From contig NC_086109.1 of assembly GCF_963921235.1 (NCBI RefSeq), positions 25,854,001 to 25,918,000 of the forward strand: 64,000 nucleotides of DNA. Reading direction: 5' to 3'. Below the pieces are notes generated by a model that was not told the DNA's origin, did no database searches, and saw nothing but the letters and a program-made list of their open reading frames with translations. The translations under genes and the position numbers were made by a program. Shown piece after piece: positions 51,401 through 63,619 of this stretch. How positions within the stretch are numbered: position 1 is the stretch's first letter; the number at the start of each line of letters is the position of its first letter. This stretch comes from Mobula hypostoma (lineage: Eukaryota).

Positions 51401-54158
51401 AACCTTATTAGGCTAACCAACATTATTGAGTTTCCTGCTTCCCTTCTTTTTTGAATATTGGTACAAGTGTGGTATCCCATTCCTCTGCAACCTCCCAGAA
51501 TCTAAGTGTAATGTATGGATCTATTTCTTTTGGGGCAATGACTCCCCACCACACCCCCCAGCATTACGTTGTCTGTGCATGTACGTTGTTTTCTCTTTCT
51601 CTCTCTCATTGCAGTGTAAATACCAGGTAAAGCCATCCCGTGTGTGTGTGCTTTTAGTTAATTGATACCAGTCTGTGAAAATTGGCGACAAGTACAAACC
51701 TGAATGTCAGAAAATAATATGAACTGCACCAACAGTTATGGCATGATTACAGAATGAGACAGCAAGAGTTAACCAGTACAGAGAAGGCCATCACAGATGC
51801 TAACAAGCATGTGAGTACAGTACATAGTAACTGAAAGACAAACTGAATTTAAAGTGAAAATAACATGGCAATGGCTCCAGTCAGGAAAGATTGTGAATTT
51901 GACAGCGCTAACGAAGGCTGGGAGTCATAGATTGAGAGGGTATATTGTAACTTGAACAACATTGAGGAGCAAAAGAAAGTCCCTAAACTTCTTAGCTTAA
52001 TGGGCCCAAGAACATACAGTCTCTTATGCAACCTAGTAACCCTTGAAAAGCCAGCAAGCAAGATGTTCGACAAAATTGTTCCAATTTTACAAAATCCCTA
52101 AACCGCTGGGAATAGCTGAGAGACTTAGATTTTACAAAAGGAACCAGTCAAAAGGTGAAAGCCTTTCTAAATACATTGCAGAACTTTCCCAGTACTGTGA
52201 CTTTAGAAATGGACTTTCTGATGCATTAAAAGAAAGGCTTGTATGTAGCATGCATAGTCAAAGCACTCAAAATAGGCTACTGCCCGATAGAGACTTAACC
52301 TTATGTCTGGCATTGACCATTGCAATATCATTAGAGACTGCAGCAAAGGATACAGCAGAACTACAGAAAAGGAGTTTAGAATGTGAAATGCACTAAATGT
52401 CCCTGAATGGTGCAAAAAGCCAAAGATGTTATCAAAGTGGCAAATCCTCCCATGATGCAAATGACTATTGGTTCAAGGAAAAAGTCTGCAAAAAGTGTCA
52501 CAGACAAGGTCACATAGAGAGAGTGAGCAAGGCAGACAAAAAGCATAACCAAGTGAAGAGTCTCAAACACAAAACTTAACAAATTCATAAAGTTACCAAA
52601 TATAATACAGAATTAGACAATAGAGACTGACAAAGGTGAACTGTCCTGCCGAGAACTGCATAGTATAACTGAGGCACAGCAGAAAATCATTCAGATCACA
52701 ATAGAAATGTCCGGCGTAAAACTGAAAACGGAGCTGGATACAGTGTCAGCTTTGTCTATAATTCCAGAGGCTGACTACAACAGACTGTTTTCTAAGAGAC
52801 CATTAGAGAAGACCTCAGTGATGCTAAAGACCTACACAGGTGAAAAAGAGTCTCCCAAAGTAAATGTGATGTATGGGGGCCAAACACAACAGTTAGAGCT
52901 TTATATATTGAAAAGTGGAGGGGCCGCACTTTTCGGACATGAACGGTTGAGAAAAATCCAACTGGACTGGCATTCAGTCAAGGCTCTCAGTGTGACATCA
53001 ACAGGCAACTACAGCTGAAATGGTAGCACTAGCCAGAGACTGGCATAGCTGTTTAATGCTAATGAGAAGGTGTTTGTGAAGGGAATAGAGAAACAGATCA
53101 AGGACTTGGCCAAAAACTGTTTGGGATGCCAATAATTTCAAAATGCACCCCCACAGGGACTGTTGTACCCATTGGAGTGGCCGTCTTCACTATGGCAAAG
53201 AGTACAAATTGACTTTGCTGGGCTATTCATGAACTCCATGCTTCAAATTGCTGTGGATGCTCATTCAAAGTGGCCGGAGGTTATTCTGATGAAGTCAACC
53301 TTATCAGCAAAGACTGTCTCTGCTCTGAGGACTATCTTCACCAGAAATGGGTTACCAGAACAAACTGTGAGTGACAACGGACCACAGTACACATCAGAAG
53401 ATTTCCGACTATTCATAAAGAAAAATTGCATCAGGCATTTCAAGTCAGCAATGAATGGGTTAGCTGAAAGGTTTTTTCCAAACATTCAAGAAGTCCATTA
53501 AAGAGTTGGGCAAGCATAAAGCGGGCAACTTCCTTTTGTGTGTCGGAACTCTGTTGGTGCGATGACAAATCAAACACCTGCAGTGCTGTTCATGAGCAGG
53601 AAACTGAGATCTCACATAGACCTCCTGAAACTAGATCTATGAAGGGAATTGCAGAACAAACAGTTCAGCCAGTTGCCCAGTGAAGCAGCAAGGAGCTTCG
53701 AGATTGGTTTGGAAGACCTAGTACATGATTACTGAGGAGACAAGTGGACACCCGGTTGGACAGGTACAAAAACTGGACCACTGATGTACACAGTGGACAT
53801 TGGAGATCTGAAACGGAGAAGTCATGTGGACCAAATACCGGATGCTCAACTGAAGAACACATCTGAGTCGACTGCATCCAACAAGGCGGACACATTACAA
53901 TCACCGGACTTACCTCTCAGTGATGATGTCACTGACAGCAACATGACACCTGAAACCGAGAAAGTTGTCTTAGACAAGATGCCTACCCAACCTGATGCCA
54001 TTTCACAGGTCCAGAGGCGCTATCCTGAAAGAAACAGAACAGCACACAAAGGACTGAACCTTTAGAACTGTGAAGTTAGTTATGGACTGTTATTGTGAAA
54101 GCATGTTCATTTGAATATGGCTTGTGAAAGGGTAATTGAATGTTTTATACATATACAG

Positions 54159-55328
54159 CAGTGGTCCCCAACCACTGGGCCACGGACCAGTACCGGGCCG
54201 CAAAGCATGTGCTACCGGGCCACGAGGAAGCCTTTCCTCATTCCATGTCACGTGCACTGTTGAGCTTGAACGCATGCGAGGTCATTACACACGTGTCATC
54301 CATGTCAGCGCGGGAAGATCAACTCCTCGAGCTTGCAAATGACGGCGGGCTGAAAAGTATGTTTGACATAACATCTCTGCCGGCATTCCGGATCAAAGGC
54401 TAAATATCCTGAGATAGCCACGAAAGTGCTGAAAACGTTGCTTCCATTTCCAACATGTCTCTGCAATGAATGCAATGAAAACTAATTTGCGGAATAGACT
54501 GGACATAAGGAACCCCCTTCGAGTATCTCTGCCTCCCATCACCCCTCGATAGGACCAGCTTGTTGCAGGGAAACAAGGCCGGGGCTCCCATTGATTCAGT
54601 GATATTGGTGTGTGGCAATGATTTTATATGTTCATACGGGGAAAATATGTGCTCTGTGTTTAATATCCAAACTTTACTTAATGTTATGATGCTATTGACT
54701 TACAAGTGACTTATATAACAATTACAGCACGGAAACAGGCAATTTCTGCCCTTCTAGTCCGTGCCGGAAGCTACTCTCACCTAGTCCCACCGACCTGCAC
54801 TCAGCCCATAACCCTCCATTCCTTTCCTGTCCATATACCGATCCAATTTTTATTTAAATGATAACACTGAACCTGCCTCAACCACTTCTACTGGAAGTTC
54901 GTTCAACACTTACTTTAAGCTCCCCTGTCCTCCCCGATAATTGACTTATCACTATATTCATGCGAGGAAAATATGCGCTGCGTGTTTAATATTAAATTCG
55001 TTAGATAAACCCTTTTAGAAACGAAATTGAGTGTATTAGCCACTTATCACCTATATTCCAGTCGTGATTAACACCCCACCCCCGCCGCACGAACAGAATC
55101 GCCAAAAACGATTTGTGGAGGGGAAAAAATCAGCACGTACGCGCATGTGTACTGGTGCCCGCACAAGGCTTCATGGTCATTGTAGTCTTTCTCGGGGTAA
55201 GCACAACGTATTTGACTGCTACTCTTGTTCGTTGGCAACCCTACCCCCCCCCCACCGGGTTGGCCGGTCCACAAGAATATTGTCAATATTAAACCGGCCC
55301 GCAGTGCAAAAAAGTTTGGGGACCCCTG
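54159..55328 (+). mobile_element. hAT-Charlie non-autonomous transposon inside the Gypsy element
   Basis: TIRs CAGTGGTCCCCAA / TTGGGGACCCCTG; 8-bp TSD ATATACAG/ATATACAC; transposase C-terminal remnants EDQLLELANDGGLK, LLPFPT, LRNRLD. Confidence 0.9.
54714..54908 (-). mobile_element. CR1 3' end inserted in the hAT element
   Basis: Reverse complement closely resembles the 3' end of the CR1 at ~37135-37330. Confidence 0.8.
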
Positions 55329-55559
55329 ATATACACCATTAATCTAAAGGGGGTGAAAGTGTAATGTATGGATATATTTCTTTTAGAGCAATGACCACCC
55401 CCCCTTAGCACTACGTATTGATCTGCTGTCTGCACATGCACTGTTGTCCCTACATGCAAATTGTTTTCTCTCTCTCTCTCACCGCAATGTGAATACATCA
55501 TTTAATGCCATCTCCCATGTACGTGGTTTATTTAATTGCACAGACACAACACCAAGGAT

Positions 55560-56150
55560 TTTGATAGATTCACTATTTCTTTAAGGGAAAACTCTAGGAA
55601 GCAAATCATCATGTCAATATGATTTATCAGTCTTTAGCCCCATTAATTTGCCCTACACTTCTTATCCCCAATGACAGAGATAATTTATATTCCTTTCAAC
55701 TTATCTTCTTTATCTGTAAGTAATAGAATGTTTTACTATCTTGTACTATGAAGGCTGATAAAAAATAACTTTTTAAAATTTCTGCTATTTGTCCTTTCCC
55801 ATAGATAAGTATACAGTCTCATTTGCTAAGGGTCCAAAGTTCACTTTAGCTACCTTCATCCTTTTTATGTACCTGTCGAAAGTACCACTTTTAGGACATT
55901 TATAAATGCCTACTCTATTACTTCTGTACATTTCTGTAATTTTACCAGCAAATTTGTTTCTCAATATCCAATAGTTGCTTCTTATTATTCCTTGATTATT
56001 AGCATATAGATCCTGTCTTTGATCATTCCAATACATTCTCTTTCTTCTATACTGCAATATTCTCCATTCCTCCTTTACCAGTATTCTTGAATATCTTCTA
56101 ACCAGGAAGATTTGAAACCACTTTTATGCCTTTTACAGCCAAGTCTCTGC
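55560..56150 (-). mobile_element. Very old CR1 ORF2 relic
   Basis: YIKRMKVAKVNFGPL motif. Confidence 0.5.
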
Positions 56151-56322
56151 TATTGCCACATCATAATGCTACATAATTAATTATACCTACAGCTTACAAA
56201 GGATTGCTTATTGTGCATTTTAGTTTAGTGTTGATCTGGATATTGACAGTTTTAAAAATAATTTTGTTGGCTAATAATCTTTATACTTAATACTGGTAAA
56301 ATCTTACATTAAAATGCCATAT

Positions 56323-56524
56323 AACACAAGAAATTCTGCAGATACTGGAAATCCAGAGCAACACACACAAAATGCTGGAGGAACTCAACAGGCCAGGCAG
56401 CATCTATGGAAATGAATAATCATTCAGCATTTCTGGCTGAGACCTTCAGGTCCTGAAGAAGGGTCTCAGCTCAAAACGTTGACTATTTGCTGCCTGACCT
56501 GCTGACTTCCTCCAGCATTTTGTA
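56323..56524. mobile_element. Older fold-back Penelope terminal-repeat insertion
   Basis: Arms acaaaatgctggagga...ggcagca / tgctgcctgacctgctga.ttcctccagcattttgt; degenerate core CTGAAGAagggtctcagctc(a)AAAcgttgact; imperfect TSD taaaat(g)ccat. Confidence 0.7.
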
Positions 56525-56702
56525 TAAAATCCATGAATTGTTTAACCTAGTAGAAATATTTTAATGTTGTGCTAACACTTGACCACATTATTATGAAAAT
56601 TTAGCTGCATTAGTTAAAATATAAATATGACTATAAAATAAATCTTCATACAATTTAGATACACCCAGTTGCTCCTATCACATGTAGCAATCATGTTTAA
56701 TA

Positions 56703-56972
56703 ATCATGGATTAAGGGTGAAAGGTGAGAAGTTTAAGGGGAGCATGAGGGGAAACTTCTTCCCTCAGAGGGTAGTGAGAGTGTGGAACGAGCTGCCAGTG
56801 CAAATTAGTATGCAAGCTCCATTTCAACGCTTAAGAAAAGTATGGATAGGTACATGGTTAGTAGGGGTATGGAGGACAATGGTCTCAGCGTAGGTTGATG
56901 GGAGTAGGCAGTTTAAATGGTTTTGACATGGACTAGATGCGCCAAATGACCTGTTTCACAATGACTCTATGT
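56703..56972 (+). mobile_element. CR1 3'-end fragment
   Basis: HGLRVKGEKFKGSMRGNFFPQRVVRVWNELP. Confidence 0.8.
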
Positions 56973-59416
56973 CTTTTATTGCATGTGTAAACCAGTTTTG
57001 TAAGGAGAGAGAATGCTGGGAATTGAGCACATTTTGTTGTTTAATTTAAAGCTCTATGTCTCCTCAGATATTTGACATGCACTTTATAATGCTTTATTTG
57101 CATATGATACGAAGGCTTATTACAACACATTAAGATAACTTGCTCCTTGCAACCAATGATGAGAATGTCCTCCTGTGGTAGACTATTAAATGGAAAACTA
57201 TGACAATATTGCCTAAAGCAAATTAATATTGTGCTTTTTATTTAATCAACCCACTCTCCCTCAATGGCAATATAACTTGGAATGCCCACTATAATAATGC
57301 ACACTCGCTACAGTTTTTGCTCAGAAGATTAAATTGTAAGAAGTCAGAAAAGTATGAAGACAAATAAATAAGCACAGGGAGATTGATATGAATGGAAATG
57401 GACACAAAATAAGACACTGCAATGAGTTAACTGCTAACTGTTTTATTGTAAACATTCCATGGATCAGTTTGATTGAGAACTAAACTAAAAGCAAGTACGT
57501 GTGAAAAGGGTTGATGGATTTTGCAAATGAGTGATTGATTAAAAGATAACGGCTTCAAGCTATTTCCAATTGCTTAAGTTTCCAAGTTTTATAAATGACT
57601 ATAATACATATAACATCATCTCAATTACTTGCAACAGTGTGGACAGATTCTTGTTTGATTGGTGAATCGCTCAATCATCTCTGCAGTGGCTGTCAAGATG
57701 GAAAGCCTTTGTGTTGTCGTGGAAAACAAGACACCTGTTTACTGTAATGTCGAATAGTGCAGGACTACTTGGAAACAAAGTGGAAAATTACATCATACCA
57801 TTCTTTTTATAGCCAAAAGTAGAACAGGGGTGAAATTAAAAATTGTAGGTGAAACAATACTAATCTATCAAAGCCTGTTCACCCACTTTGATATGGATTT
57901 CCAAAGATTTCACGAGTGACAATTGAGGTATCACTTGTCATATGATCAAACAAAACATGAAATACTGCTGGTAATTTGAAGGGGAAGTACGGGAACGCAG
58001 CTCAACTGCTGAGTCCCTCAGTTTGTTTTTTTTTGCTCCAGATTCCAGCATCCGCAGTCTCTTGGGTCTTCAGCTTCTATAAAGCCAGGAGTAAAAAGCC
58101 TTTCTTAAGAGGTGACATCAGAAACAGATGAAAAACTGCTGTTCTCTGACCCATCATGTCAAAACCTATTTATCTTTCACTAAATGCACGTGCATGAAAT
58201 CAGTATTAATTAAAATGTCAATTCTATTATTTGGTCACCTGATACTAACGAGCTTTTCCAGCAATTTTTAAAATCCCATCTTACTACCCTTTAATTTTTT
58301 TTCAAGGTGAAAGATTGAAGATTCAAGATTGCTTGATGACATTTCCAGTACACAAGTATAAAGGAGAATGAAATAATTGCTACCTTGGATCCAAATCAGC
58401 ACAAAAAAGCACAATAAAATAAAGAACACAATAATAAAAAAGCAATTCCTTGCGCGCCTTGCAGCTGTATTTGTTAATTGTTGTCTTATCTAGAGCTGTT
58501 AAGCCCTAGTGTTTGTTGTTTAATATTGTCAGGTTTATTTTGACTGGCACAGGTTTTCTTCATACAGTGAATATGTGGGACTCCAGTTACCACATATCAC
58601 AGGGTTCGCGTGTTTCAAGAATGATTCATCTCACTGTGTCGCTTGGTTGAGCCACTGATGTTCTGTTCGAATTCCTATGGGTAAACTCTTATTTCTGCCT
58701 CTACATGGGAGTCTGCATTCCTCCTCACCTGGGTTCAGTTGTCTGTCAGCGTACACTGTGATAAGATAGTTTATATTGATTTAGTTTATAGTTTATATTA
58801 CTACATAGATTGCATATCATTAGGCACAGGAGTGTCTGTACATAAGGAAATGATAATGTAATAAAACTTTAACTAAAGTAAAGTAGTAAAACTTAATTAG
58901 TAAATTGGTTTATTATTGTCCCGTACTGAGGCACAGTGGAAAACTTTATATAGGATGCCATTCTTACAGATCATTCCATTACAACCAGTGTATTGAGGTA
59001 TTACAGGGGAAATCAATAAAAAACCTGTAGAATAAAGTGTTACAGTTACGGAGAAAGTGCAGTGCAGTCAGACAATAAGGTATAAAGGCATAACAAGGTA
59101 GATTGTGAGGTTAGGAATCTAAGGTGATCATTCCGTAGTCTTATAACAACTGGATAGAAGGCACACCTACTATCAACTGGAATGAATATGTCGTATCTGT
59201 CTCTAAGGATGGTTGTATGGCTTGGAACAAGTTTCACATTATATAAGACAATGATAATGCACATGATTTTTCAGTTGGCTATGATGTGACAGCATTCACT
59301 TCTGTCCCTAAAGAAAGCTGTGGCCAGGACTGCATTTTGCTTTACACGGTTTCTGTAAGGCATCATCGTGAAGCCATCTCTAATATCCATCCTCTGTGAG
59401 GTAATCAAGGGATTTA

Positions 59417-59835
59417 AGACATAAGACTGTAAGACAAAGGAGCAGATTTAGGCCATATGGCCCATCGAGTCTGCTCTGCCATTTTATCAAGGCTGATCCA
59501 TTTTCCCACTCAGTCCCAATCTCCTGCCTTCTCCCTATATCCTTTCATGCCCTGATTAATCAAGAATCTATCAACCTCTGCCTTAAATATACCCACTGAG
59601 CTGGCAACCACAGCCTTCTGTAGCAATCAATTCCATAATTCCTCTCCCTGTCTAAAGAAATTCCTCATCTCCATTCTAAGTAGATGCCCCTGTATTCTGG
59701 GGCCTTAGACTCCCCCACCATAGGAAACATCCTCTGCACATCCACTCCGTTGAGGCCTTTCACCATTTGATTGGTTTCATTGACATTCCCCCTCATCCTT
59801 CTGAATTCCAATAAGTACAGGCCCAGAGCCATCAA
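59417..59835 (-). mobile_element. CR1 3'-end fragment
   Basis: Antisense CR1 terminus with taagac repeats. Confidence 0.7.
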
Positions 59836-61078
59836 TCACATTGAATAATTCTCCCAAGCAGCAAACCAGGAGTAATAAGCACATTGTTTTAGCAAATGAT
59901 TTAATTATTTTATAGATTGTGAATAAAGATAGGAAGGTACATCAGCTATAAAAGTACAATTATAAAGTATAAAGTTCTAAAATAATTATTTGAGGGAAGA
60001 ATAACCTGTACTTATACATACATTGGGTTTTAAGAACTTATTAATCAGTCACTAGTCTTTCATCACATACTTAATAAACAACAATATCAGGGATTTCTAC
60101 TGTGAGAATAATTCTTGAATAATTGAATTTATAGGAGATAAATTTCTTTTCAAAATTACATGAATTTCCAAAACAACCTGTTTTCTACATTCCGAGTTTT
60201 TTTGTGATTGATTGCATATTTACATATATCAGAAGTACGGTGATAGTTTTGCCCTTATTAATACCTTATTAGAACATTAAATTGATAGTAGAATCATTCA
60301 CCCTTTTCTTTCAGATATTTTGTTTAATATGTAGAATTAGTACTAAAAACTACTTTGGGCCCTTCCCTCCACAACAGGCATTGCAGAACCACTATTAAAT
60401 TGGTATTTTTGTTGCTCATATACTTGGTTAACCATCAGCTGTGAATCCTACTAATTCACTGTTTATGGCGCAAAGGGTAATGATATCTGTGTTGACTTAC
60501 AAGAGTGCATCCAACTGAAACTGTCCCTTTGGAAAGACTCTGCTTTACATTTTTAGTAGCTTAAAGTCTTTCAGAAAAGGGGAGGGCGGCACAAAGTTTA
60601 GTAAGGACTGGCAATACTGATCTGAAGCTTTTGAGAGGTGGCATGATACACCACTAACTGGCTTCTGGAGAGAAGAAAAGCGAAAAAGAAGGTTGGCCAA
60701 ATACCTAACAGTACATCATCACTATTCTATGTTTCCTCAAAGCTGCAAACTATCCCCCAACATTCACTATGTAGCAACTGTTAATACAAGTAACAAACTT
60801 TGAATACAATGACTTTGTAAATTCAGTCAGCATATCTGCTTGTGTTACTCTATTCCTGGAATGAACATTTAGTAACTGTGTTCTAATTGTGGTCCCAATA
60901 AAATTTCCACACTTTTTGTATGAATCTTGAAAATAAATGGTATGTACATGACAAAACAATAATGCCAAAGAAATGCAGCACTGACTGACCACATCAATTA
61001 CTTCCCACGGCTTTGGTGTACATAAATTGCAATCCAATTGAGTTAAACCGAGAGGTTTCTTGATGGTTATGAAATTCA

Positions 61079-61380
61079 TCTGTTGGCACATGGCCAAGTG
61101 GTTAAGGCATCAGTCCAGTGATCTGAAGGTCACTAGTTCGAGCCTCAGCTGAGGCAGTGTGTTGTGTCCTTGAGCAAGGCACTTATCCACACATTGCTTA
61201 GCGACGACACCGGTGTATTGGCCTTAATGCCCTTCCCTTGGACAACATCGGTAGCGTGGAGAGGGGAGACTTGCAGTATGGGCAACTGCTGGTCTTCCAT
61301 ACAATCTTGCCCAGGCCTACGCCCTGGAAACCTTCCAAGGGCAAATCCACAGGCTCACGAGACTAACGGATGCCTATATA
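61079..61380 (+). mobile_element. tRNA-derived SINE
   Basis: A box TGGCCAAGTGG, B box GTTCGAGCC, tgtccttgagcaaggcactt core; 11-bp TSD TATGAAATTCA 61068-61078 / 61381-61391. Confidence 0.85.
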
Positions 61381-61463
61381 TATGAAATTCAGGGAAGTTT
61401 TTGCTTTCAACAAGGGAGTTTTTCCCGAGATTGTTTCCCCATTCCAATCATTAGACCCTTTAA

Positions 61464-61621
61464 CACACACATAATGCAGGACGAACGCAGCAGGCCAGGC
61501 AGCATCAATGGAAAAGAATCAACAATCGACTTTCTGGGCCAAGACCCTCCATCAGGACCCTTACTGATGCATTTTGTGCGTGTTTCTTGGATTTCCAGCA
61601 TCTGCAGATTATCTCGTCTTC
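61464..61621. mobile_element. Fold-back Penelope terminal-repeat insertion
   Basis: 11-bp TSD AGACCCTTTAA 61453-61463 / 61622-61632; left arm antisense terminus with degenerate hammerhead, right arm sense terminus. Confidence 0.75.
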
Positions 61622-61947
61622 AGACCCTTTAAATTGTTCTGCTGTTCATTTACACTACGACCCATCATTACCTTAAACTTATTTACCACACATCTTCCTA
61701 CTCTTACCCTTATATATTACATCTTCTTATTCTTTTATAATAGAAACTCACTGTTACAGATTTATTTTGCCATTCACAGCCTTGAGGGGAAAAAAGAGAA
61801 AAGTTTCCACATTCCACTACACTTCATGTGAATAAAGTGTTTCCTGATTTTATTCATGCATAGTTTAGCTCTAGAAAGAGCATGAAGATGAAGTAATTCT
61901 ACAGAATTTTAGATTACTGAGTGTCGAATACTTCATTTCTTTTCCAG

Positions 61948-62041
61948 TCTCATGACAGAGCCACTTCTTCCGAAAAATAATTGCTCACTTAATTCTCCCT
62001 TCTTGAACGTTTTCCAATTTGTCTCACCTCTTACATTGCTG
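61948..62041 (+). CDS. Candidate coding exon of an unidentified plus-strand gene
   Basis: ttcttttccag| ... CTG|gtgagt; open frame LMTEPLLPKNNCSLNSPFLNVFQFVSPLTLL. Confidence 0.4.
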
Positions 62042-62318
62042 GTGAGTAATTTTCTCAGTGGGTGTAGTGTGTCGTGAGAATGTACTCCCTCCATAGAATA
62101 CAATTATGAATTTTAGTGTTTGTTTTCTGGAGAAATAACATGTTTGAAGTGACTTTTCATAATATTGTCAGTTAAATAGAGCCATGTTGTCACACCATGG
62201 CAAAACTTCTGTACTTAATCCCTGGAAGTGATGTTGTAATTTATTACACAACCATAAAACAGTTCTATTCTCCAGATAAAGAAAGTTTGTTGACTAGCAA
62301 TTGTAACTTTTGTCTCAG

Positions 62319-62423
62319 GCAGCCCTTGAGGTTGAGAATTATTTGCTTTCACTTTGGTTCCACGGGTTCCGGCAGAGCACTGTATTCTATCAGTATGCCA
62401 CAGATAGAAAAAGCTTGCTATGA
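62319..62423 (+). CDS. Candidate next/terminal coding exon (RGS-helix-like)
   Basis: ttttgtctcag| then in-phase AALEVENYLLSLWFHGFRQSTVFYQYATDRKSLL*. Confidence 0.4.
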   Translation, partial: AALEVENYLLSLWFHGFRQSTVFYQYATDRKSLL

Positions 62424-62544
62424 TGAGTATGTGGGTTATTTAAAAGGTTCTGTATGTTCTTTTCAAGAGACTTGAAGTACTTAGTAGCTTTTCACACAAA
62501 CTTTTTCCTAACTTGGTATGCCAGATGTCAAGAATTCCCATCAG

Positions 62545-62950
62545 TTAATGAAGATGCTACTTTTTTTCAAGGAGCTTTGAGAACTGTTTTCTTGGCCCCC
62601 CTGGAAACCTCTCACTACAACGGAGCTCAGAGCATCCATTTCTCCATTTCAGGAGTAGGATGCCAGATGTACAAGTGAGGTGAGCACCCATTAGAGCTGT
62701 TTGATTGTCATAAAAGCCTTAAGTTGGGAATGTTGGCCTGGGTGAGGATACTTGGTTCATTTGCCTGAGCAATGGATTTGGAGGATTTGGTAGAAAGAGC
62801 ATTGGTAGTATTTCTTCTGTCATGAGTACCTACTGGAGGTGATGCATATCTCTGAATTATTTGGAAAGATGGGGATTACAGTTGTTCTTGGTATTCAGAA
62901 AGAATCAGGGCTTTCAAACATTCTTTATATCAGATCTGTAATGGCTGTGC
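62545..62950 (-). mobile_element. Old RTE-like LINE relic
   Basis: Degenerate antisense RT-like sequence (tgttggcctgggtgagga, ttttggaggatt). Confidence 0.4.
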
Positions 62951-62979
62951 TGCACACTTTTTATTTCTTTTATTTATTG

Positions 62980-63265
62980 TATTGAGATACAGTGCAGAAT
63001 AGGCCTTTTTGGCTCTTCAAGCTGATCCACGCTGTCCAACAATTCCCCCATTTAATCCTAGCTTAATCACGGGCCAATGTACAAAGACCAATTGAACCTA
63101 CCAACCGGTACATCTTTTGGACTGTGGGAGGAAACCAGAGCATCCAGAGGAAACCTACACAGTCATGGAGAGAACAGACAAACTCCTTTCAGCCAGTGGC
63201 GGGAATTGAACTCAGGTCATCTTTACTGTAAAATATTGTCCTAACCGCTATGCTACCGTGCTGCC
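62980..63265 (-). mobile_element. tRNA-derived SINE (V-SINE/HE1-like)
   Basis: ttggactgtgggaggaaaccagagcatccagaggaaacc...gggaattgaactc...ctaaccgctatgctaccgtgctgcc. Confidence 0.75.
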
Positions 63266-63440
63266 CTACAAGTTTTAGTGAATCTCATTATCAATGTCTG
63301 CCTTCCCTGAGAAATGGCTTCCAAACTGTATGAAGCGATCTATGTGCAAGATGCTCCTCATGGTTGTCAAGAGGCAATATTGTGCAACTGGACAGGTTGG
63401 AAGAGAAGAATAGCCTCATAGATATTTATATTAAAACCTA

Positions 63441-63615
63441 CAGTACTGTGCAAAAGTCTTCGTCTCTCTCTCACTCTCAATCTTACTCTCATATATATAC
63501 ACACACGTATATATGTATGTATATGTGCGTGTATGAATGTGTGTCTATATATATATATATACACACACAAAGAGAGAGAGTGCATAGGACTTTTTAGGAC
63601 TTTTGCACTTTACTA
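63441..63615. mobile_element. Tc1-type MITE with microsatellite core
   Basis: TA + CAGTACTGTGCAAAAGTCTT left TIR, degenerate GACTTTTGCAC right TIR; interior (CT)/(TA)/(CA)/(GA) runs. Confidence 0.65.
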
Positions 63616-63619
63616 TTGT

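Larger units (their letters stand above)
51507..55551 (+). mobile_element. Gypsy/Ty3 LTR retrotransposon, RT/RNase H deleted
   Basis: LTRs start TGTAATGTATGGAT at 51507 and 55360, 3' LTR ends CA at 55551; TSD CTAAG/CCAAG; PBS TGGCGAC 51683; PPT 55346-55359; gag with two knuckles, protease ELDT.SA, integrase WQRVQIDFAG, VDAHSKWPEV, SDNGPQY, NGLAER. Confidence 0.9.

Noticed and set aside
61085-61155. tRNA-like sequence
   Set aside because: It is the head of a SINE, with body, tail and TSD; no intact cloverleaf.
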